Below, piece by piece: positions 1 to 7,358 of a stretch of DNA of 64,000 nucleotides (its first letter is position 1; every line of letters begins with the position of its first letter). A program made the translations under genes and the position numbers. The notes below the pieces were generated by a model. It had not been told where the DNA came from and searched no databases. It saw nothing but the letters and a program-made list of their open reading frames with translations. This DNA is from Gammaproteobacteria bacterium (GTDB lineage Bacteria > Pseudomonadota > Gammaproteobacteria > Francisellales > CACEW01): positions 1,115-65,114 of the forward strand of contig JAGVKT010000036.1 in assembly GCA_020050355.1 (NCBI GenBank), read 5' to 3'.

Positions 1-147
1 TTGTTCGTGATAAATAGCGAGACTCTCTTCACGATGCGAAAGATTATTGGCAATATAGATTTTTAAACCATCTGTATAAGCAGGCGCAGGCATTTGTGAA
101 CGAGGCAATCTGACTATTTCAGCTAAAACTATTTCATTGTTCTGCAT
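1..147 (-). CDS. Hypothetical phage early protein, first 49 codons only (runs off left edge)
   Basis: ATG at 147, one nt after the stop of the upstream AAA gene. The reverse-strand translation MQNNEIVLAEIVRLPRSQMPAPAYTDGLKIY... stays open to position 1. Confidence 0.4.
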   Translation of the reverse strand, partial: MQNNEIVLAEIVRLPRSQMPAPAYTDGLKIYIANNLSHREESLAIYHEQ

Positions 148-148
148 T

Positions 149-952
149 TTATAATCTCAAAGGAGAAAGATATTTTTGAGATGCACTATTAATTTTTTTG
201 GAAGTAGAAAATATTTTATCTATCTTTGTATTATTAAATGAGTTTAATTTGTTAATAATATAAGTTGCTTCCAAAGGACATAATAATCCCGAGATGAACT
301 TTTTCTGTTCTTCCAAAGTGGCAGATGTATTGCAATACCAAGTAAGGAATAAACTTATAGTTCTAGGGGAGGTTATTCTTTTCTCATGACCTTCACCTAG
401 CATGTTATAAAGATTAATTTCCCCATTTTTTATGGATTCCAAAACGGGATTAATTTTTTCAATATGATTTTTATAATGTTTTATTGCCCAATCATACCAT
501 TCTAAGGGATCTGGAATAAAATCTATACAGCAAAATCTAGATTGCATGGCTTCACTTATTCCATCTGACCCACTAATAAATTCATTATTAGCAGCTGCAA
601 TAATGCAGGTATTATCGGGTAATTTGGAATTTCCAATAGCTCTATTACATATTAAAGTCAAAAATGAATCAGAAACACTTCTACGGGCTTTATCTAATTC
701 ATCAAAAAAAATAGCGGTTGTCTTTCCTTGAGCATCGGCTTCTTCCAATCTTTTAAAAATAATTGGTATAGTTCTTTTATCATATACTCCATCTCGATAA
801 GGCAATCCAGAAATATCTTCTTCTACCATAGAAGAAGCTAACATAACTTCTACATGCTCAAAACAGCTTTTAATTTTTTCTGTTTTACCTACACCCGGAT
901 GCCCATAAAAAAGCACAGGAATATGTTTTGTTAAGTACTTTTTTATATTCAT
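149..952 (-). CDS. AAA+ ATPase, MoxR/AAA_5-like (phage early gene)
   Basis: Walker A GHPGVGKT, Walker B IFFDELDKA, sensor-1-like IIAAANN, SRF arginine; 267 aa. Confidence 0.75.
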   Translation of the reverse strand: MNIKKYLTKHIPVLFYGHPGVGKTEKIKSCFEHVEVMLASSMVEEDISGLPYRDGVYDKRTIPIIFKRLEEADAQGKTTAIFFDELDKARRSVSDSFLTLICNRAIGNSKLPDNTCIIAAANNEFISGSDGISEAMQSRFCCIDFIPDPLEWYDWAIKHYKNHIEKINPVLESIKNGEINLYNMLGEGHEKRITSPRTISLFLTWYCNTSATLEEQKKFISGLLCPLEATYIINKLNSFNNTKIDKIFSTSKKINSASQKYLSPLRL

Positions 953-1236
953 CGCAAAGTAGTCCCTTTAAAACTATAAAGGTCAATACATGGTAAAATC
1001 CCATAACAACAAGAGAGTGGCCATATGCACAATTCATTTTCATCAAATCTATCAAGGATTATTTTTGCATCTCTATCTCCACGTGTAACACCAGCAATAC
1101 CTTTACCTCCTGAAAATCCTCCCGACATAGAGCATTTTTTCATGGCGATAAATCCTTCTTGAGGTGCGTCTACTTCTTCCCCAAAATAATAAAATCCTCC
1201 AGCAATTACAAATATTTTCCAGTTTTCATTACTCAT
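949..1236 (-). CDS. Hypothetical phage protein (95 aa)
   Basis: ORF overlaps the start of the downstream AAA gene by 4 nt (coupled). Gly-rich core SGGFSGGKGIAG. No family recognised. Confidence 0.45.
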   Translation of the reverse strand: MSNENWKIFVIAGGFYYFGEEVDAPQEGFIAMKKCSMSGGFSGGKGIAGVTRGDRDAKIILDRFDENELCIWPLSCCYGILPCIDLYSFKGTTLR

Positions 1237-1257
1237 AACATTTCTCCTTAAATAATT

Positions 1258-1536
1258 TTATTTTATCGCCTTTTCTAACGCAATCATTTGAATATCCACA
1301 TAACGTCCAATAATTTTAAGAGATACTGACTTAGGAAATTTTTCTCTTAATAAGTTCACCACCTCTAACTCATTCCGATTCTTTTTATCAATAATTTCTT
1401 TAACAGCTGCATTCAATAAAAATGCAGTCTTGGGATTTGTAGCGACTTTATCAGCAGCCTCAACATAAAGCGCAGCTGTTTCATCATCTAACCAAAAATT
1501 CCCATAAGCAAATAGTTCTTCTAATTCTTTTAACAT
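1258..1536 (-). CDS. Hypothetical phage protein (92 aa)
   Basis: ORF in the early-left operon; helical-looking; no motif recognised. Confidence 0.45.
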   Translation of the reverse strand: MLKELEELFAYGNFWLDDETAALYVEAADKVATNPKTAFLLNAAVKEIIDKKNRNELEVVNLLREKFPKSVSLKIIGRYVDIQMIALEKAIK

Positions 1537-1593
1537 GAATGATTTTTTTCCAATTCCGCTAAGCGTTTCATATCAGGCAGATCTTTTTTCATA

Positions 1594-1794
1594 CTATTTA
1601 TTTTTATGCCCAACAAGTTCCCAATATTTATCTAAAATACTTTCATCATAAAAAATACGAGCTGTTGGACACAGAGCGTCTGTTATAAATATAGAACACG
1701 GATGGTCCGTGTTTTTATATTTCCATCGCCATTGATGAATAGTGCGAGGAGTCACACATAAGCGTTTCGCTATTTCTTCTAGAGGTACTTTCAT
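1594..1794 (-). CDS. AlpA/excisionase-like HTH protein (candidate Xis or early regulator)
   Basis: MKVPLEEIAKRLCVTPRTIHQWRWKY resembles the AlpA/Xis MerR-type HTH. An ATGA overlap with the upstream ORF at 1791-1794 favours this internal ATG over the track start at 1812. Confidence 0.5.
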   Translation of the reverse strand: MKVPLEEIAKRLCVTPRTIHQWRWKYKNTDHPCSIFITDALCPTARIFYDESILDKYWELVGHKNK

Positions 1795-1985
1795 ACAATA
1801 ATCCCATACCACTTAGCAGCATTGATACGGTTTTTAGCAAATATGCCAGGATGATTTTTAATGGTTTTACGCGCACGCTGACCATTTCCCCATATATCGG
1901 CTTTATTCTTACAATCTTGTTTTAATGCATGTACATCAATCATGGGGTCAATGCGATAAAAAAATTTATGGTTTTCAATAAACAT
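1791..1985 (-). CDS. Hypothetical phage protein (64 aa)
   Basis: ORF in operon context only. Confidence 0.35.
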   Translation of the reverse strand: MFIENHKFFYRIDPMIDVHALKQDCKNKADIWGNGQRARKTIKNHPGIFAKNRINAAKWYGIIV

Positions 1986-2021
1986 GATTTTTACTCCTTC
2001 GGTTCTTAAGTTAATATTTTA

Positions 2022-2591
2022 TTAAAAAGGTAATACATCATCTTCAATTTGATTCACTGGAACTTCATAATTATCTGGAGGTATATTTTCAGATTTAGTA
2101 TGATTTTCTTGAGGTGGTTGTCCTGCATTTTTTGGTTTATTGGTATAAACCCAATCTACCAATTCAGATGCAAGTCTTAATACGTCAACTTTTAATATTT
2201 TAGTTTCTGGATAATTATGACAAAGAATGGAAACCGCATTGCTTAATTGACTTTGATTTACAATGCGTATTTGTTCTTCAGGGTCACGTGGTTTCCAAGT
2301 TCCTCCGCTAAATCCTTTTTTAGTATTTAATTGAGGATTTGAGAGATTTTCAAAATTATCTTTTACTTTAAATTTATTAACAGGTTGCCCTGAATATTTA
2401 TCAATTTCTTGGCTATAAGAAAATTTAACTTTATCTCCCACTTTGAATAAATCAGCTTTGTTACTTGCTGTAAAAGTAAGATAGGGAGTATTATTAACAA
2501 AAATAGTGAAATTAGCACAGTCACCGTAAGTGGTAGACTTATCTTCGCCTTTAAATACTTTTTCAATGATTCCTTCAACGATATTACTCAT
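2022..2591 (-). CDS. SSB-like protein: non-canonical N-terminal domain with an SSB-type acidic C-terminal tip
   Basis: 189 aa. It has a disordered Pro/Gln/Asn-rich tail ending IEDDVLPF, which mimics the bacterial SSB tip DDDIPF. The N-terminal half is beta-rich and OB-like by eye but lacks the canonical SSB sequence. Confidence 0.5.
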   Translation of the reverse strand: MSNIVEGIIEKVFKGEDKSTTYGDCANFTIFVNNTPYLTFTASNKADLFKVGDKVKFSYSQEIDKYSGQPVNKFKVKDNFENLSNPQLNTKKGFSGGTWKPRDPEEQIRIVNQSQLSNAVSILCHNYPETKILKVDVLRLASELVDWVYTNKPKNAGQPPQENHTKSENIPPDNYEVPVNQIEDDVLPF

Positions 2592-2611
2592 ATTTTGATT
2601 CCTTTTTTTCC

Positions 2612-2845
2612 TTAAGCAGCTTTTTTAACATTAAATAAGTTTTCTTCTAATTTTCTGTGATACCCTTGGGCATATTCCCAGTCATTTGTTGATAGTTTCA
2701 ATAATTTTCTATAATTAGCTCCGTATGGATGTTGTATCAATGCATAAATCCTCTCAGCAGTGGTTTTTGTAATAACATCCAGGGTCATTAGATTTATTAT
2801 TCCTGATATTAAAGTCTCTACATCTAATTTTTGATTCTTATTCAT
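2612..2845 (-). CDS. Hypothetical phage protein (77 aa)
   Basis: ORF overlaps the upstream gene by 4 nt; no motif recognised. Confidence 0.45.
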   Translation of the reverse strand: MNKNQKLDVETLISGIINLMTLDVITKTTAERIYALIQHPYGANYRKLLKLSTNDWEYAQGYHRKLEENLFNVKKAA

Positions 2846-3057
2846 GCTGCGATTCTCCCTTCTATATCGGCGTGCTGATTAAAGTAATATTGTTTACTTT
2901 CAATATCTAATTTATCCCAGCAGTGCGAGCATACAAATAGTTTTGAATGCATGTGCGAAGGGTGGTAGCAATTGCCGCATATTTCACCTTTAAACACCTT
3001 TTTATAGAGTTCCTGACTAAAAATTTCATTTAATTTACTTGTCGTACTTATTTTCAT
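2842..3057 (-). CDS. Small zinc-ribbon protein (71 aa), first gene of the early-left operon
   Basis: Two CxxC pairs (CGNC and CSHC); GAGGAG RBS upstream of the ATG; lies directly downstream of the PL-like promoter. Confidence 0.5.
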   Translation of the reverse strand: MKISTTSKLNEIFSQELYKKVFKGEICGNCYHPSHMHSKLFVCSHCWDKLDIESKQYYFNQHADIEGRIAA

Positions 3058-3121
3058 GTTATTCTCCTCAAAGTTTCAATTTAGAGCCATCCTTGGCGGA
3101 CATTTCTTCCTTGCGAAGGTA

Positions 3122-3150
3122 ATATTACCTATGGGTAACATAGTAGTCAA
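3122..3150 (-). promoter_or_regulatory. PL-like early-left promoter overlapped by operator-like inverted repeats
   Basis: Minus strand reads TTGACT (3150-3145), 17 nt, TAATAT (3127-3122). TTACC-N4-GGTAA type sites at 3125-3138 (perfect arms) and 3150-3163 (one mismatch) overlap the spacer and the -35. Confidence 0.55.
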
Positions 3151-3235
3151 TACCTATGGGTAATATTATTTTAAGCATTTAATTAACCTATTGATTTTAA
3201 ATAGATAATTAATGATTTAAAAAGATATTAAAATA

Positions 3236-3260
3236 CAGAAATGCACTAAAAAGCATTTTG
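3236..3260 (-). terminator. Weak candidate terminator after the repressor operon
   Basis: Short hairpin GAAATGC/GCATTT(T) with an A/T-rich flank, about 35 nt downstream of the stop at 3296. The stem is only 6-7 bp. Confidence 0.3.
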
Positions 3261-3295
3261 AATTTGAAAATTTTTATTGAGTTTCTAAAAAATAG

Positions 3296-3535
3296 TTATT
3301 GACAATAAAATGTTACACCAGAACTTTGATCAAAAACATAACCTGTTGCAGGATTAAAGGTTATGATATCTCCTTCATCAACATCATCTGCATTTATAGT
3401 AGTGGGGGAGCATTCATGGCCATCGATAGTTAACGTTAAATCGCCATCATCTACATCTTTATCTTGAATAGTGGTTTCATTTGCATGTAATCCTATGCAA
3501 AAAAGCATTAATCCGCATACAAGTAATTTTTTCAT
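3296..3535 (-). CDS. Small secreted protein (79 aa), cargo gene 3 of the repressor operon
   Basis: N-terminal signal-peptide-like MKKLLVCGLMLFCIGLHA, then an Asp-rich mature part with two Cys. No family recognised. Confidence 0.55.
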   Translation of the reverse strand: MKKLLVCGLMLFCIGLHANETTIQDKDVDDGDLTLTIDGHECSPTTINADDVDEGDIITFNPATGYVFDQSSGVTFYCQ

Positions 3536-3550
3536 AAATTTCTTTTTTAT

Positions 3551-3961
3551 TTATTGAGATTTAGCTTTCACACCGTAGAAGTCAAAAGTGATAGTTTGTA
3601 TTTTTTGATGATTGGGCGCGTTAGTATTTCCTGAGTATTGCATATAAAGATGTGAGCCTGCAGGAATAACTGTATCAGTGTATATTGACAATATTTTCCC
3701 ACTAAATAATCCGTATCTTGGTAGGTTTTCATCAAGGGGTATAAGATTTGTTGGATTATTAGGATCTGTTCCTACAGACATATTCAATTCACCTCTATCA
3801 GGAGGTAAATTTGGTGGGGTAACATTAACATTTCTTTCTTGAATATAAGAAATCATATAAGCATCATTGGTAGGGGTGGCACCCATATCAATGATTTGGG
3901 GTGTTGGACCAATATTTGTGAGCGTAATGCTCCATGCTAAAACAAGTGGTGCGCCTACCAT
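3551..3961 (-). CDS. Unknown protein, paralog B (136 aa), cargo gene 2 of the repressor operon
   Basis: AAGGAG RBS. Shares N-terminal (LVLAWSITLTNIGPTPQIIDMGATPTNDAY) and C-terminal (LYMQYSGN...ITFD) blocks with the ORF at 3978-4358. Confidence 0.6.
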   Translation of the reverse strand: MVGAPLVLAWSITLTNIGPTPQIIDMGATPTNDAYMISYIQERNVNVTPPNLPPDRGELNMSVGTDPNNPTNLIPLDENLPRYGLFSGKILSIYTDTVIPAGSHLYMQYSGNTNAPNHQKIQTITFDFYGVKAKSQ

Positions 3962-3977
3962 AAAATGCTCCTTAAGG

Positions 3978-4358
3978 TTAATTAGAGGGGTAAGCTAATA
4001 TATCTATTGTAATTGGCTCGCCATTGTATTTATTATTTTCTGAATATTTTACATATAAATTTTGAGCTGCAGGCGCAATAGAATTACCACCTAAGCCCCA
4101 GATCATGTAACCTTTTTCAGTTGGGTTGGAGTTGTCGCCCGCATTGATGCTTTCGACAACGTTATTAGGTGTTTGCTCTGAGGTTCCAATGGTTATTACA
4201 AGGCCTTTGGTTTGAGATACATCCATGTTTTTTATAACGGCCATGACAGGTATGTAATTTTCATTTGTAGGAGCTGTTCCGATGTTGATAACTTGAGGGA
4301 CTGGCCCTAAATTATTCAAGGTGAAACTCCATGCTACGATCAGTGCTTTTCCTATCAT
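3978..4358 (-). CDS. Unknown protein, paralog A (126 aa), cargo gene 1 of the repressor operon
   Basis: AAGGGA RBS; starts 19 nt after the repressor stop. Its blocks (LIVAWSFTLNNLGPVPQVINIGTAPTNENY, LYVKYSEN...ITID) are paralogous to 3551-3961. Confidence 0.6.
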   Translation of the reverse strand: MIGKALIVAWSFTLNNLGPVPQVINIGTAPTNENYIPVMAVIKNMDVSQTKGLVITIGTSEQTPNNVVESINAGDNSNPTEKGYMIWGLGGNSIAPAAQNLYVKYSENNKYNGEPITIDILAYPSN

Positions 4359-4377
4359 AAAACGTCCCTTTATTTAT

Positions 4378-5076
4378 TTAAATTGAATCCCCTGTTTTGG
4401 ATATCATTACAACGCGGCCAATTACATTAAGCAAATTCCTGGCTTCTTTTTTTAAAACAATTTTATCAGGAAAATGGGATTTAACAGGATTATCTGATTT
4501 GATAATAAAGTTATCAGGGCCTATAAAAAATCTTTTAACTTGAATAATTTGATCATTTATAAAAGCATACAGCTTTCCATCTTCAATTTCTTTTTTTGTA
4601 CAGTCTATTAGAACTTTATCTCCATCATTCAGTGTAGGAAACATATCGCTTCCTTCTACTTGCATTGCACAAGCGGATTCTTCAGTAATGGCTAATTTAG
4701 TCATATCTTCTTTTGATAACATAACAGCTTGCTCCTTAGGGTGCATGGTAATACCTCCATCAAGAGAAGATGATTCTAAATCAATCAACGGAATAAATCC
4801 ATAATATTTATCCGTTAATGGGGGGAATTCTGTGAAATTCATCGCAGATTTTGTATGATCTTTATCTAGCCAATGATCGTCTTTGTGGAATTTTTCTTCT
4901 ATTTCACAGGCAAACTCTGGGCCAATATTTTTTTTTCTAGTCAAATATTGTGTTATAAGGTTATAAGATTTTCCTAATCGATCGGCTAATTCCCGGCGAC
5001 CGAGTTTTTCTTCTAGGTATTTTAAATTTTTCCAACGATTAAAGTAAATAATTGTAAGTTTTGTGGTTTTGTCCAT
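4378..5076 (-). CDS. cI: cI-like prophage repressor (N-terminal HTH plus C-terminal S24 LexA-type peptidase)
   Basis: HTH region RRELADRLGKSYNLITQYL. S24 domain with the Ser motif VEGSDMFP and the Lys in IIQVKRF. Divergent from a Cro-like gene. Confidence 0.85.
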   Translation of the reverse strand: MDKTTKLTIIYFNRWKNLKYLEEKLGRRELADRLGKSYNLITQYLTRKKNIGPEFACEIEEKFHKDDHWLDKDHTKSAMNFTEFPPLTDKYYGFIPLIDLESSSLDGGITMHPKEQAVMLSKEDMTKLAITEESACAMQVEGSDMFPTLNDGDKVLIDCTKKEIEDGKLYAFINDQIIQVKRFFIGPDNFIIKSDNPVKSHFPDKIVLKKEARNLLNVIGRVVMISKTGDSI

Positions 5077-5140
5077 TGGTAATTCTTGTGGTTACCCGTA
5101 GCTAATATTCTAACATTAAATTTTACATTCAAAAACAACC

Positions 5141-5169
5141 TTGAGGTAATATGAAAAAACCATTAATAT
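5141..5169 (+). promoter_or_regulatory. PR-like early-right promoter with adjacent operator
   Basis: TTGAGG (5141-5146), 17 nt, TAATAT (5164-5169). The perfect-arm site TTACC-TATT-GGTAA at 5169-5182 overlaps the -10/+1. A related site lies at 5092-5105. Confidence 0.5.
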
Positions 5170-5196
5170 TACCTATTGGTAACTCAAAGGAATGCA

Positions 5197-5421
5197 ATGG
5201 AATTATCGGACTATATCAGATCTCTCCCGAGGGGTGGTAAATCTAATTTAGCTAAATATCTAAAGGTTAGGCTACCAACTATTAGAAAATATGAGCTTCG
5301 TCAAATTAATCCTTTGCCTGAAAGAGCAAAATTGATTGAAATTTACTCTAAAAAAAAAGTTACTTTGGAGGAGATTGTTGGGGTTAAAAAAGCACAAGAA
5401 ATAATGGAAATTTGGAAATGA
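5197..5421 (+). CDS. Cro-like HTH regulator (74 aa)
   Basis: ATG at 5197 preceded by AAAGGA; the track's TTG start at 5176 is less likely. HTH-like KSNLAKYLKVRLPTIRKYE. Divergent from cI. Confidence 0.6.
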   Translation: MELSDYIRSLPRGGKSNLAKYLKVRLPTIRKYELRQINPLPERAKLIEIYSKKKVTLEEIVGVKKAQEIMEIWK

Positions 5422-6164
5422 CCGACCTTGAGCTGCTAGATTGTGTTTTAGCACAACATCCTATTGTAACCCACCGCATATTCTTGCATATAACCCAAGA
5501 CTTAAAAGCCGCGGCATTTTTTGGTCAGCTCTATTATTGGTCGAAAAAAATGAATCACGAATGGTTTTATAAAACTGTTGATTCATGGGGTGATGAATTA
5601 TATCTGAGTTGGGAAGAGCAAAAACGTATTAGAAAGAAGCTAATCGTATTGGGTTTAATTGAGGAAAAAAGAAAGGCTTCTCCAGCAAAATTATTTTTTA
5701 AACTTAATTTTCCGAGATTAATCGAGCTTGCAAAGCAATATTATAGCCAGATTCAGGGAAAGTCAGAATCTAGATTCAGGGAAAGTCAGAATCTAGATTC
5801 AGGGAAAGTCGGAAGCTTGATTCAGGGTTTCCCTGAATCTATATATAAAGAAACAGAGACTACAACAGAGACTACTACAGAGAATAAAAAAAATAACCCT
5901 AAAGGGTTATTAAAAAAAAATGTAAAAAGATCTTTACCAGAAGATTTTGGTATTTCAGAGCGGGTATATGCATGGGCAGAGGAAAAGGGTTATCCCAATA
6001 GTTCGCTTAAAAAAGGTCTAGAGGTATTGGTGAGCTATGCCAAGAGAAATGGCAAACAGTATGTGGATTGGGATGAGGCATTGATGACAGCGGTTCGTGA
6101 GAACTGGGCAAAGTTACCCAATGATGGTTTTGTCATTGCTGCCGAGGATGATTTAGGTTTTTAG
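5412..6164 (+). CDS. Replication initiator (lambda O-like role) containing the origin iterons
   Basis: Winged-helix-like N-terminus, internal iteron array, and a C-terminal LPEDFGISERVYAWAEEKGY...VDWDEALMTAVRENW block typical of phage replication/DnaT-like domains. Confidence 0.6.
   Translation: MEMTDLELLDCVLAQHPIVTHRIFLHITQDLKAAAFFGQLYYWSKKMNHEWFYKTVDSWGDELYLSWEEQKRIRKKLIVLGLIEEKRKASPAKLFFKLNFPRLIELAKQYYSQIQGKSESRFRESQNLDSGKVGSLIQGFPESIYKETETTTETTTENKKNNPKGLLKKNVKRSLPEDFGISERVYAWAEEKGYPNSSLKKGLEVLVSYAKRNGKQYVDWDEALMTAVRENWAKLPNDGFVIAAEDDLGF
5749..5885 (+). repeat. Phage origin-like iteron array
   Basis: Three 23-bp direct repeats AGATTCAGGGAAAGTC.GAA..T at 5749-5817. A palindromic copy GATTCAGGG-TTT-CCCTGAATC follows at 5819-5839, then AT-rich TATATATAAA, then 2.5 copies of ACAGAGACTAC. 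at 5853-5883. Confidence 0.7.
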
Positions 6165-6166
6165 GA

Positions 6167-6586
6167 TTGATTATGCAGCAGGGAATGGTGAGCAATGGGG
6201 TGTATGTCATAAAGCGTTTAAAAGCGCTTTATCCTTCGTTTCGTAGTCATGTCGATAAGCTAGAGAAGGATGAAAAGCGTTGGTTGCTTGAGGAGTATGA
6301 GAAAGCTTTTAACAAATACACATTGCGAGAAGTAACGGAGAAAGTAAGTAATGCGATACAGATCTCAAGCACCCGTGCTCCGACCATTAGCGATATTGTA
6401 AATGCTGCGGGTGTAAAACAGGCTTCGATTGTTGAGACGCCCGATATTGGTTTGGAAGGGCAGTATTCTGAAGCATTGAATCGAGGTGATTGGAGAGAGA
6501 TGCAAAATTTAAGAGTGCGGCTCGCGCGGTCTCGACTGGAAAAAATAAATTACGATGCCATTTTAAAACCCACATATGCCTATTAA
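6167..6586 (+). CDS. Hypothetical phage replication-module protein (139 aa)
   Basis: Directly follows the initiator gene (lambda P position); no helicase-loader motif recognised. Confidence 0.4.
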   Translation: MIMQQGMVSNGVYVIKRLKALYPSFRSHVDKLEKDEKRWLLEEYEKAFNKYTLREVTEKVSNAIQISSTRAPTISDIVNAAGVKQASIVETPDIGLEGQYSEALNRGDWREMQNLRVRLARSRLEKINYDAILKPTYAY

Positions 6587-6703
6587 ACTAATTTTTAAGG
6601 CATTGGTTAGGTTTTTAATATGTAGGTAATATGATGGTAGCGCAGGTAATATTAAAATTGATTTTATATGGGTTAAAATTAGTTTTACGAAAATGGATAA
6701 AAA

Positions 6704-6910
6704 ATGACAATAACAGTACCGACATTACATTTAGGAATTTTAGGAATCATCTTCATTGTATTAAAACTATGCGGGGTGATTTCTTGGGCGTGGTGGTTAG
6801 TATTATTACCAATTTATTTACCTTTACTGCTTATGTTAACCATTATTTTTATTGTATTAATGATCTTCGCTATTGCCGTTTTTTTCGTAGAAATAACAAC
6901 ATGGGATTAG
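6704..6910 (+). CDS. Small hydrophobic membrane protein (68 aa, 2-3 TM)
   Basis: Almost entirely hydrophobic sequence LGILGIIFIVLKLCGVISWAWWLVLLPIYLPLLLMLTIIFIVLMIFAIAVFF. Preferred over the overlapping 6631-6975 frame, which reads like off-frame noise. Confidence 0.5.
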   Translation: MTITVPTLHLGILGIIFIVLKLCGVISWAWWLVLLPIYLPLLLMLTIIFIVLMIFAIAVFFVEITTWD

Positions 6911-6971
6911 ATATAAAAATGATCAATAAAACCCAAAAAACACCCATGAAAAAAAGCAGGAAGCGTAAAAA

Positions 6972-7358
6972 ATGACTCAAGAAGATTATTTACAAATTGC
7001 TTGTATGGAATATCTACGATGGAAACATCCAAATACTTTAGTGCTACACATACCCAATGGTGGTTTTAGAAACAAAATAGAAGCCTATAAACTCAAGCGT
7101 ATGGGTGTTTTAGCAGGAGCGCCAGATATATTTATTCCATTGGAAAAAGGAAAAATTACTAGTAAAGATGACGTGTACGTAACCGAATATAACGGTTTCT
7201 TCTGCGAACTAAAAATAAAACCTAGAAAGCCCACCAAAAAACAATTAGAAATACACGAAAAACTACGTGAATTAGGATATTATGTTTGTGTGTGTTATTC
7301 AATCGATGAGTTTATCAAAGAAGTTGAAAATTATTTAGGAAAAAAGCATGACCAATAA
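6972..7358 (+). CDS. VRR-NUC domain nuclease
   Basis: HIPNGG, GVLAGAPDIFI, FCELK and KPTKKQ elements match the VRR-NUC (PD-(D/E)xK) pattern. Confidence 0.7.
   Translation: MTQEDYLQIACMEYLRWKHPNTLVLHIPNGGFRNKIEAYKLKRMGVLAGAPDIFIPLEKGKITSKDDVYVTEYNGFFCELKIKPRKPTKKQLEIHEKLRELGYYVCVCYSIDEFIKEVENYLGKKHDQ

Noticed and set aside
2363-2578. 71-aa ORF in another frame within the SSB-like gene
   Set aside because: It is fully nested in the longer, better-supported ORF at 2022-2591. Its sequence is low-complexity Leu/Ile/Lys typical of off-frame AT-rich DNA.
5749-5840. Possible CRISPR-like repeat array
   Set aside because: The repeats are contiguous with no spacers, lie in-frame inside a CDS and end in a palindromic copy. 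This is an iteron origin, not CRISPR.
6631-6975. 114-aa ORF overlapping the 68-aa membrane ORF
   Set aside because: Its sequence (rich in F, R, N, C, Y) looks like an off-frame reading of the hydrophobic gene at 6704-6910. Only its ATGA junction with the next gene argues for it, so the membrane ORF is retained instead.
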